NCBI GenBank assembly: GCA_002269645.1
Contig: NIVC01000033.1
Location: 919,335 to 983,334, forward strand
Direction of reading: 5' to 3'
DNA: 64,000 nt
Source: Macrostomum lignano
Taxonomy: Eukaryota
The translations under genes and the position numbers were made by a program. Shown piece after piece: positions 38,901-49,700 of this stretch. Below the pieces are notes generated by a model that saw only the letters and a program-made list of their open reading frames with translations, was not told the origin of the DNA and did no database searches. Every line of letters begins with the position of its first letter. Position 1 is the stretch's first letter.

Positions 38901-41343
38901 AAAATATTTCAGCCGGCACGAGGCTCTACTTCAGAACTACGCTCGTAGTTGCATTTCTGTGTCAGCTCGCAAGTAGATACGAGCTATTGACGACAGACTA
39001 GAAAAACAAGTCGCATCCGGTACTTTCTGGGATGAAGCGAATTATTTTTGACTGCATACCGAAACTATAGAGTCATTTCGAAGTGATGTTTGACCTGCAC
39101 TATGCTGCTTTCAATTTTTATCATTTTAATGATAACTTCAATGATGCGTGTTGCAAAACCTGAGCGTGACCTTGACAAATCTGCATAGTTTTCATCACTA
39201 AGATAGTTATTAGGCTTTTCCGGACTCACCCGTCACCTCATATCCGGTCGTGCAGTCATGCATCGTAGACTTGACTACATCGTACTCCGGCAGGGATTTG
39301 GCTACGTCGCTCAACACAACTGCGGCGGCGCTGTTCCAGCGCAGAATGATGTCCGTAGTGGGGTATCCGTCTGCAGGCATGAAGGAAACTAGTGAGTCAG
39401 AAGTTATGTACCCCTTGACTTGCTTTGTTAACTACCCATTTAAACGTTGTTTGATGTTGCAACCAACTAACAAAAGATATAACGATCAAGATGCGGCCAC
39501 TGTATCAGGTTATTTGGTACCGTGAAAACTTACAGCTGCCAAATTCGATGTTGCAGATCTGACTGTCCATAGGGTACAGCTGGAGGTCGAACTGACAGGA
39601 CAGCGATAGTGTGTACCTGTGTATAATTTGTCAATCGATAATTGTTTATTTTAGTTTTCTTAGGGAACTGAAGAACTCTAAGATGCGAAGGTAAGTCCCA
39701 GGGTGGCCGAGTAACTTGGCAGTATCGCGTCTGACCTCCCCCTAAGTAATCGGGCTCAGCTCCGTGCGTGGACACATTTATTAGTCGCTCGGACCTAAAT
39801 GTTGACCCCGAGGGCTTTTCGTGCCCAATGAGAGCGTGTGGCTTCTCGTACGTATCCTTGCTGCACTCAGGGGTCAGCCAAATAGGCATAACTGCTCGTT
39901 GGCTAAATGTCTGCTGTCACAATCCCCCTACGAATTAGATAATAAGTATAACTAAGTAAGGGTGGTGTAACTGCGAGATTTTTCAGGGCCCTTGCTGACT
40001 ATTCTAAGATATCAATGTCATCAAATATTACGATGCTTGACTAGCTTCGCCAGAAAAATATCAACCATCTAGGAGCTATATGCTTAGAACACGGCCTTCT
40101 TCTGGATTCCCAGCCATACTTCGAGTGTTTCAGAAATTTTGTACAAACATCCGACTGCTTTGAACCAAAATTAACCTGCATTTTAATCGACCAGAAACAG
40201 TCCATATCTGACTCACTTGGTACTAAGGATGACGCGTCCATCGGGCGAGACCTGCAGCAGGATGTTGGGCACGGCAATCTTGTGAAAGAGGCCGGCCTTC
40301 TCGTTCAGAAAGTAGATGTCGGGCTGCCACACATTATCCACCATGAAGCCGATGCTGAGCACGTCAGTGAGCGAATTGCTGTATTTAAGCCGGTCGTCGT
40401 ACCAGATTCTCCGAAAGTACATCGATGCGGAAAAGTCCTGTGATTTTTTGTAAGAGATTTTAATGTTATAAAACTGAGCTGAACTTGTTCTGATAATGCT
40501 CGCGCTTATTCACGAGATTGAAGAATGAGTCAATGACTGAAAATATGAATGCATATCAATCAATAATTGTGATAGGAGCTGTGCTTCTTTGCTATCTCAG
40601 TTATCTGCTGCAATTGAAGTCTGCCAATATGTTTAATTTGCTGTCTCGGAGTCAGCTGCTGTCAGTTAACGACGCGCACTCTGTCACCGCTCCTGTTTCA
40701 ATCTGTTGTTCCGTCGGCAACTCCAGCTGACAGGCTGCATCATTCACACCAGATCATGTTGCCGCTGACGCTGGAGGCATCGGTGAGAGCAGACATGCAC
40801 TCGGCCCGTGTTCGGTCACCGATGCGGCCTATGTTCACATCCTAGCCTAGAGAACGCCCTGTAATGCTGATGTCCTACTTAATAACACCCAATAAACAGG
40901 AGTATCTGTTGTTGCTATTGTTGTGGTAAAGGATAACAACTTTACTACTGTTTAACAGTTTAGAACAACCTACGATGTCACAAAAACCAAATCATTTTAA
41001 GCATTAATTTAGATTAGATAAAAGATTGAGCACTAAGGCTCACCATATTGACCTCGTTTGTAGCCGTGACCTCGATGATGTAGATGCTGATATTGACGAT
41101 GACTGGCAGTCGCTTTTCCAGGTTGGGCCGCACCTGACTGTTGTAGGGCGAGGCCAGCAGACTCGTGGCCAGACTGGCGAGCACCTGCGACTGCGAGTTG
41201 TTGGCGTTGAAGTTGTCAGCCGTGGTGGTTGGAGGCACTGTCGTGCTGGCGTCCACCGTCGGTATCAAGCTTGGAAAATACAGCAGCGGCAGCAGCAGCA
41301 GGTGCTGCAGAAACATATTTCTATCGTACAAGAATATCCTCAT
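32969..41343 (-). CDS. Cys-loop ligand-gated anion channel subunit, GlyR/GluCl-like, paralog 2 (524 aa; 515 aa if the second Met is used)
   Basis: Exons 41343-41044, 40437-40217, 39616-39534, 39370-39230, 38856-38658, 37400-37211, 33409-32969 (1575 nt). Internal exon lengths 221/83/141/199/190 are identical to paralog 1. Cys-loop [15 protein letters not shown], loop [15 protein letters not shown]2 [17 protein letters not shown]. Confidence 0.95.
33640..33866 (+). mobile_element. piggyBac transposase C-terminal remnant
   Basis: Translation [54 protein letters not shown] matches the piggyBac DDD-domain end KP..V..YN..MGGVD..D...Y...RK..RW..KL.F.L and contains an in-frame stop. Confidence 0.8.
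33880..34613. mobile_element. Non-autonomous TIR element with ~140-bp inverted repeats
   Basis: 33880-34020 pairs with 34474-34613 with few mismatches. Internal 60-aa ORF (34058-34240, ..[22 protein letters not shown]..) loosely resembles a transposase N-terminal HTH. Confidence 0.8.
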
Positions 41344-42962
41344 TTTATCGAGCGCCCGAAAGGTAGGAACAGAGACTGAGCTTAGCTGAGCTTAAATACT
41401 GTATCGATGCATCAAACAGTCACCGCCATGGCGCCCCTCTCTGACTAAAAACTGCTTTCATAAATAGCTTGATTTGGGAAGGCTTCCACACTGGGCCTGT
41501 TGAAAAAAACAGATGCACTCCCATGACGAATCAGAGTGCGGCCGAGACAGAATGCTGGAGTCGTGTGTGCCAGTGAATCTAGCAAATAAGCGGCATGGGA
41601 ATGCAGTTTGAGTTGATTGGAGGAGCATGCGAGCGATGCAACTGGATGAGGAATAGTTAGAGGTGAGATGGATGGGTAGAAAGGATGATAGAGTTGGAGC
41701 TGGAGAGAGAATTAAACTCAATTTCAAGACAAGAATTCATAGGATTACAATACATGCACGCATGGTTATGCAACGCAGGAATAGAAACTCAAGGAGCACT
41801 AATGCTGCAAGGATCCTATAGGAGCATTAGTACAGCTACAGGTTTTGTGTGGATCAGAAATCCGAGTTACCTAGCCCAAGTGGATCCTGAAGCCGTCTCG
41901 TACTTTGTGAAGCAGGCACTACAAGGGAAAAACTCTGCGCATCATTCGCACCGAATCAAACCAAGGGCCGGGGCGCCAGAATCGTGGTGCCAAGGGTCGT
42001 TTACCGCCAGTTGTTCTGCCCCCGAGCTTCCAGTTAGTACAGCAACCCTCCTGAGCGAAATTCAAAAGCCAAATCCCAACTTTATAATATCCTGTGACAG
42101 CGTCAAAAACAGTCTTTTATCGTTTCCTTTAGCTTTAACCGAGCACCCAGAAATCAACAGTCATTATTTGGCGGGAGAAAGTACTTCAGCTCGCATTGTA
42201 AAGATCACGCCCGCCTTAAATAGACAAATTTAGAGCGCTCGCAGAATTGTTTTCCTGCACGCGCTGACTTGACGCCAGCTGGACGATGAAGGCTGCGTGA
42301 ACAGTTATTTCAACTCTCTTCCATTCACAAAGCTGAGCGACTACTTGCTCTAATTCAATGGTCGTACTGTGCTAATTCTATTAATTAGCTAATTCCGGAA
42401 GTCAAGGAAATCCGTGTGTTCATATAGTTTTGCCATGAGATTTCGCTGAGGCACAAATGGATTCAGAACGCGTACACGCCAGTATTTTTAGTAGAGACCA
42501 AAGCGAGCCAGGTTTTTCACCTGTTTTGAATCGATTCCGCATTATACTCTCGCACTGCGGAGTCACTGCCTGCCAGAACAGCTTTAGCAATATCTCATCT
42601 ACTCCAACTCGCATTGTGAAGCAGAAGACGCAAAACACCTGCTAGATGTTTAAAACCGTCAGCTCTAGCTATTTTTTCACGAGCTAGCTTTTCCTGTTTG
42701 AGAAAGCGGTAGTGAAAAATATGCTTTTCAGGCTAGTTTATCGATGGAAAAGACTTCAATTGTGAAAGAAAGTTTCTGCACTTTTATGGGCTTGTACAGA
42801 GGGCATCTAGACTGAAAGAATCGATGCTACACAGGGACAGATAGGAAAACAGTTAAAGAACGCCTTCAAATTTCTCTATTTGAATTTGTTTATTTGAGTT
42901 ACAGTTTAGCTGTCCGTACGAAAAAATATGGCTTTACCATAGACCAAACTGGTCCACTGAAT

Positions 42963-43194
42963 GGTCGGGGGTTCGATTCTCGACACCACTCGGAACAATT
43001 TGAGTTTTTGAGCAAGACGCTTAACTCTGCATTGCTTCAGTTCACCCAGCTGTAAAATGGGTGCCAGCATTAGCTGGGGTGATTGAGGGTTTATGTGGCG
43101 ACCCCCCAATCCTTGGACTGAACAGCCGTACGTAGCTTTCAGGTTGCATATCTGCCAATTAACACAGATGTAATTAATAATTGTTATTATTAAT
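42963..43194 (+). mobile_element. tRNA-derived SINE, 5'-truncated copy
   Basis: ggtcgggggttcgattctcgacaccactcg...cttcagttcacccagctgtaaaatgggtgccagcattagctgggg...ttattattaat; same family as 31817-32120. Confidence 0.85.
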
Positions 43195-43789
43195 ATTTTT
43201 TTATGCAACTCTCCATGGGAGTGGCCAAGGACCAACAACACCAATGGTGCCCCATGGCTACGAAGAGGTAAAATGGAAGGAAAACAAGACAAGGAAAAGA
43301 GAAGTCTAAAAAACTGATCAGGTGGTCTTTGAGACACATGGCTCTTGAATATAGATGGCTTGATGACAGGATTAGCTAATGCTACAGATAGAGAATTCCA
43401 TAACTTACAGTATGTGGGAGGGAGTACGAGCCGTACTGTTAATATTATTTTACTCACAGCAAAGAACTCCATCATAGATTTGGCTTCTGGTACGTGCGCT
43501 TTGTTAATGCTTAGCGATATAACAGCCCCGTATTTTCACAAAGGTTTGGGAAAAGCATTGGGAAAAGAGACAGACAAAACAATAAGCACTGGGAAATGGG
43601 AATAAATTGCTCGTAACACCCGCTGTCGTGTACAACTGTAATTGTCTTTTATATTTGTTCACAAAGCAGTTGGAAGCAGCTGTGTTTGCCAATAAGAAAG
43701 AGAAAAAATGGATTGCAAATCTGCTGGCTTTCGCACGCCTGCAGAAACAACAAAAATACGGCTTTCTGCTGCAACGACGCGTGGATCGA

Positions 43790-44417
43790 CGTCAGCCACA
43801 CGGGCGGATCACCGTTCTTGGCTACGTCGACGATCTCTTTCTGTTGTTCTCAATTGTTGAGGGCGCCCAGTGACAAGCTGTTTGCTATCGCGGCGTTAGC
43901 CTGGAGGTTGACACGCACAGGACTGTCGTGCTCTGTTTACTGGGCGACATCGAGGCTGCAGTTTTGTGCCGAGGCGCAGATGAACAGACGACAGAGCTTC
44001 CGCAGTTGCGGGCTCGCCGCAGACTTGCTTAGGTGCCTTTTTTCTGTGAGGGCAGTCCTGCATTCTGAGACCCTACCTGACTGCCGAAGGGCGGCATTGT
44101 TCCAGGCGGTGGTAGAGACTGTCCTGTTATACAACGTTGAGACCTGGACGCTAACGGACTCGCTCGAGCAACAAGTAGACGCTGCGGCAGCCGCTATCAA
44201 GATCGGCAACGAGCGGGTTTCTAACACGGCACTTTATCAACGCGTTGGCCCGGTCCGTTCAAGCGACCTTTTGCGCCGTTGGCGACTCCATCTAGCAGAC
44301 CAGGTCATCTCCGCCGAATCCTACTGTCCACAGTCGGTGCTGGAGGTGCTGCTGATGCTGAAGGCTCCCTACCGGCATGGGGCAGGGCAAGCATCGGGAC
44401 TGACCTCTTGCAGGTAG
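43790..44417 (+). mobile_element. 5'-truncated, degraded non-LTR retrotransposon (RTE-like RT C-terminus)
   Basis: RITVLGYVDD (YxDD at 43823-43834), then in another frame LFQAVVETVLLYNVETWTLT...ERVSNTALYQRVG..SDLLRRWRLHLA, typical of RTE-clade ORF ends; frameshifted. Confidence 0.75.
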
Positions 44418-46728
44418 AAAAATGCAGCTGGTGGAGCCTGGGTTGCAGCTGCAGGAGTCGCTCATTCATGAGTGAAGTCGCTTTCAGTTAACGCACAATT
44501 AAGAGATAGAATTTTGTGCTCGATCCGTGCCTGACTTGCGCTTGCCGTGCGGGCAAAGCCATCGCTTCAGCACGACTCCACACTTCGTTTCCGCGGGATT
44601 CAGATATCAGTGCAGCAGGTCCAAGGCGTTCACGGGATGCATGGGGAAATTTTGAAATATGACTGCAGCCAAACACAATGGAAGTCTAACCAGAGATGGA
44701 CTGGGTGACTGGAAGAGGTCAAGCTTTTTTAGAAATTATAAGAGAAGTACTATTTGTGCCTTGGGGAATGCTTAACCACACTCGGAGCTCAGCTCACTCA
44801 GAAGATTGACCGGAAGCATTCAATTAGATTGGGGTTGACTGACCTGAGCACGAAGAATTAAATTCGAAAAAAATTATTCAAAACTTTGCAGGACTTTTTT
44901 GTTCTTGAAAAATTACAAATTTACCTATAATCACCAAACTGCTTCTCAAGCAAAGCATGAACAGTATCAAGAATATTGTCAAGATCATTAGGCTGTGACA
45001 CAAGAAAAGGCCTGTCGAGGCAGGAAGATGTATAAAAGCAAATAAGCATGGGATTCTCATGTATCAAGATAATTATGTCACTTACGCTCGTACAGGTACA
45101 TCTTGGCACAACTAAGTTATTCACGAGCAGAACAGCAGGACAGCTGACTATAAGCCATCATCGCGCTACCTGGCCGTTTTCTCTCGTATTCGTAGATCAT
45201 CCTGAGGGTTCGCTAACACCGCAATTTACTTGTAATTTTAGCTTTTAAGTGCTTTGAGTGGCTTTTGGATTGCATGGTAGAAAAAGAGCGGATTGAGCTG
45301 ATCCGAGGTCGAGACTAAAAATCCGTGGAAATAAGAACGCGACGGCTACTTGAGTGCAGGAGCTTCGCGATAGTGGAGTGCGACTTCAAGAAAGCGAGAA
45401 AAACTAGCAGCCGAAGAGCCATCAGAAACTCAATGGCAGACCACTCAGCATAAGAGCAGGTAACGGAGATCCTCTGCTGAGAGAGTTAAGAAATCTATTA
45501 TGAGATCAACTTTGATCAACTGAATCGCTTTAATACCTTCGATATCCTGCTTATGGAAGCCAAGTTGTTTGGATGCTTGATCTTGATGTTTCTCTCTGTT
45601 TACTGTTACTACTAGCAGTAGCTTGGATAACAGTTTTGTCAGGAGTACATGTAGAACAATAGCGAAACTTTTCAAAAGCAGTTCGAAGCAAGAACTCTCA
45701 CTTTCAGGGGTCAAGATAAAAGATTTTTTCTTAGCACAGTTAGAGAGTTTGAGTTCCGTCTGTAGACACCCATTTTAGACAGACCTCATGCAAATGATTG
45801 TAGAATGCAAGTTGAAAGCAGGTGATTCAAGTTTCATCAAACACTCAAAATCTCAATAAGTTTTATGGCACTCAGTGAGGAAGGATTTGGAAACGGAATC
45901 TCTCAACGACAAAATTCAAGCTACCAGTCTTACTCGATAAAAGCAGCCATTACTCTGATGCTTCGATACATCTCACTGACTCTTGATACAGTTGAACCAT
46001 CAAGTTGGAATCAGTTTCAGAGGCACTCACATCGAGACTCTTTTCCCCATAAAAAGACGCTGCTATTTTCTGCTACTTAATGCTTACTCCAGATTTAAAA
46101 GCAAAATAGATATTGCCTTGCTGAAGTTGCTAGCGACAAGCGAGAACCGCACTCTTCGGGTTATAAATAAGGATAATATATTCGCAAAGGGGATGTGCGC
46201 ACACTGGCGCAACGACTTCGGCGAAATCGTTTCACAACCAGAGCTGACGGCAGTTCTGCCCGTTCCGCTGACTCCTAAGCACACAAAAGCTCGCCAATAC
46301 TCTACTACATCACGAACTCTTTAGTACTCAGATGAGACCATCTATCAATTTTATCCATCCAACCCCCACTGCCGTGTGGAGTGAAATGCATCCATTTATC
46401 TTCTGATACTAATTAAAAGCTTACTGGACCTACAAAAAGTGTTTTGGATCTGCAAGGCTTGGGCCTAGATTGTCTAATCTGATCAAGGCCCTCATTTGAC
46501 ACGCAGCTGTCCGCTGCTTTTCCCGTGTACGAGCGTACAGAAATTTTTCTGGGCAGTGGTCAGAATAAATGGCAAAATTCGTCCGATTGGACGCTCGGGG
46601 TGGGGGGGGGAGGTTTGACATCACAAGGTTTGACATCACATGTAGTATTTAAACTGTATAACTGTAGACTTACATGGGGTAATCATTAGATTGGTTATCT
46701 ACAAGTAGTTAAAAATCAAGCATAAGTC

Positions 46729-49700
46729 ATGAGCAGCTGCTCAAAATCTCCTGACAGGCCAGCTTCAATGGCCGGTCAGCTGGGCGTCTTCGTGAAAAAC
46801 TTCTGCAGCTACACAACTGCTCACGGTTTGGGTCGATTCTCTGAGCAGTCCAGCCTTATTGGCAAGTGCATCTGGGTGGGATTTCTATTGAGCACTTACG
46901 GCGGATTTGCCTACCACCTGTCCACCTTGTTCGAAAGATTTATCCAGGCTCCCGTGCTCACGACGATGAAGTTTTCTACACTGTCGTTCCAGTTCCCGGA
47001 TGTGTACATCTGTCCAACGAGCACAGTAACGATGAGCATGGCAGTCCAGCAGCTGCCGTCTTACCAAATTTACGCGCTAGAGAACTTTCCCAATGTAGCA
47101 ATTGGCACGAAAATCGCTCTGTACAACTTTGAGCTCCTATCTGGGAGGTACGTGGATCCCAGCAAACCCGCTGTTGCATTGGGGAAGGTGCTCCACAGCA
47201 CAGAAGCCGCAATAATGAGCAAACTTCAGTTTTCGGGTAAATTTTCAGACAGTATTTGCATGTACTACTATACTTTGGCAAAGCTGATGCATAAGAAATT
47301 AAAATTTTCAGACACGGCTGAATGTCGAACAACGATCTCAGGAGAGGATTACGTTAGATCTAAGAGCTCAGCTACCATCTATCAGCGCTCAAATATAGCG
47401 CTGGAGTCAGAGAACATCACTGCAATTAAACTTCCGCCACTCAGGTCCCAAGTGCGGTGCATGAATTGGAACGATGCTGCTCGGAAATTGAAACGAAGAA
47501 GTGCTGAAGCACTTGCTGACAAGCTGCTCGCGCTTAACTACTCAAACAGCGAGTCAAGGTGCCGCTCTCCCCCTGGCCTACCTCTGACGGAGTTTTTAAC
47601 CATAGCGAACCGTAAGTGCCAAGCGTTCCAACAAAACATCTACATATTCGGTGAACTTTCAATCCACGCCTTGAATCCCAGGTCCACTACTGAAACTGCT
47701 AGGATGCTATGCTGCAAACTCGACCGGCTTCGAGTTCAGCTTTGCTTGCGGCAACGGCGGGCTGGTCAGCCACGAGGCCTGCGCCGACTGCTGCGGTCTC
47801 CTCGGATACTCGCACATAGGGCTGCAGCCCGGCAGCTGCCTCTGTGGCAATGGCTTTCCCGGCTCGGGCAACAGCAGTAGCGACAGCAGCATCTGCGACA
47901 GCAGCTGCATCAGCAACTGGAAGCAGGCCTGCGGATCGCCGACTGCCATAACCGTGATACAGATTTCGGACACGGGTGGGTTGGTTAAAAGTCCAAAATC
48001 TTTATTCTTAAGCATTATTCTACAAGCTCATTTCCAGACTTTCAGGGTTATTAATCACAATTAGTTAAAAACGTTAAGTATCTAATTTAGAGTTGAAAAC
48101 AGACAGTGGCGCAGGGCCTAAAAGGGTATATTAACAAGGCAATAAATTAGAGGGGGGTTGGGTGCAGAAAAGAAAAGGAGGGGGTGGAATGCGCGACTGT
48201 GGAAAGAGGCGAGACTGAAGAGCCAATCAGAAGACAGCGAGGGAGAGAGAGAGAAAGAGACAAGACCTGAACAAGACAGAGGGAGAGAAAACAAAGTAAA
48301 CAGATACAAGTGCAGACAAACTGAACAAGTGGCTAAGAAAGCCGCGACATTGCCGAATCATTCCGCTTACAGAACCGAAGCCTTTGCAAATCGGAAACTT
48401 CAGCAATCTGACAGTCTTATCTAACGGGCCCTATTGTTTCTTTTTGGATGAGCTTGAAAGACTGAATGCGGCCTTCTGCGACATCCCGTTTTGCCGTAAG
48501 TTTTCGAATTAGGCAAAGTTTTGGCTTTAGCTCTTAAAATCGATAGTGGCGCTCTTTATTGCACTTTAGCTACTTCCAGTGCCTTTGACTGCATAGTAAG
48601 CTCTGATGAAGAGGTCGTTCAAAAGCAGCAGCGAGCAAAGTATACTGGTCGAAAAAATGTCTCCTCTACCGGAAAGCCGTGCTTGCCATGGAGCTCGCTT
48701 GAAGAAAGCCTGTCGAGGCGCTTCTTTTTCGGTTTGTTTGAACTGAACAAGTCATTTTGAATTCTGTCTGAAGGCACTGATATAATCTTTTTGATCTTTT
48801 TTCAGGACCATACAATTTTCTCGGCTTTGACATTCGAACGCCCGACTACAGTGAAAAAGGTGGCGAAAATTTCTGTCGATCAGTCGAAATCATAGCGGAA
48901 GATAGCGTTGAATCCAGAGTACAACGGTATAATATGCGTGCTTTTCTTTAAACAAGACAGGTATATGCATTTGCCTCACCTTAAGTCATACGTACCGCCC
49001 CTCACGTGGTTACTTCAGTCGGTATCCGATTGCTTTTTCTGACACACCTGTGTGCGCCGTGAACACTGGAGCTGCCGTTGCGTTCGCGAACGTTGAGCTT
49101 GAGCCATGCGACATTGCATACTGCTGTAATTATGCCAAATGTTGTAGCTATAGTCGAAGAATAAGAGCGTAATGCAGTCTCAACAACAATAAAATTAACC
49201 GCAATTAAACTCTGCGCCCATAGATTCAGCAGTACCGACTGTAACAGGGGCCATCAGGGACTCGGTCGGGAGCCACCTGCTGGCACGCCAGTTCGGCAGC
49301 GACCTCAGTATCAGCCTTGCGAACTGCAGCTTCGCTGGTCAGAAATGCACCAAGGATGACTTTTTGAACATTGCCCACCCCCAGCTGGGCATGTGCCATC
49401 AGTTTCTCAAGCAGCGTTTCACTGCCAGCATGACCAGCAGGCAACAGGCCCAGAGTCAGCTGTCAATCAAGTACTTTACTGACGCAACCGACTCGAAGGG
49501 ACAGATGGTAGCCAACATGGATCAACTGGCTGGAGTCGTGCACGGCAGCGTGGATTCCGATGCCAGCCGAATTGCATTCAAGGGAAGAATTTTCGCCTAA
49601 ACTTTTCAGGGACCAACTTTTCAGGAAACTGGAAACTGATGGTCCAATAGAAGCTGGGAGACCACAGAGGGGCGCAGCCAGGGGGAGGGCAATGGCACCG

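Noticed and set aside
41685-42233. 182-aa plus-strand ORF upstream of channel paralog 2
   Set aside because: Non-ATG start, no splice or domain support, AT-rich codon usage unlike the real exons.
47148-47198. Extra 51-bp intron in ENaC exon 1 (GAG|GTACGT...CCACAG)
   Set aside because: Frame-neutral and very short; the frame is open without it. It cannot be decided without RNA data, so it was left out of the model.
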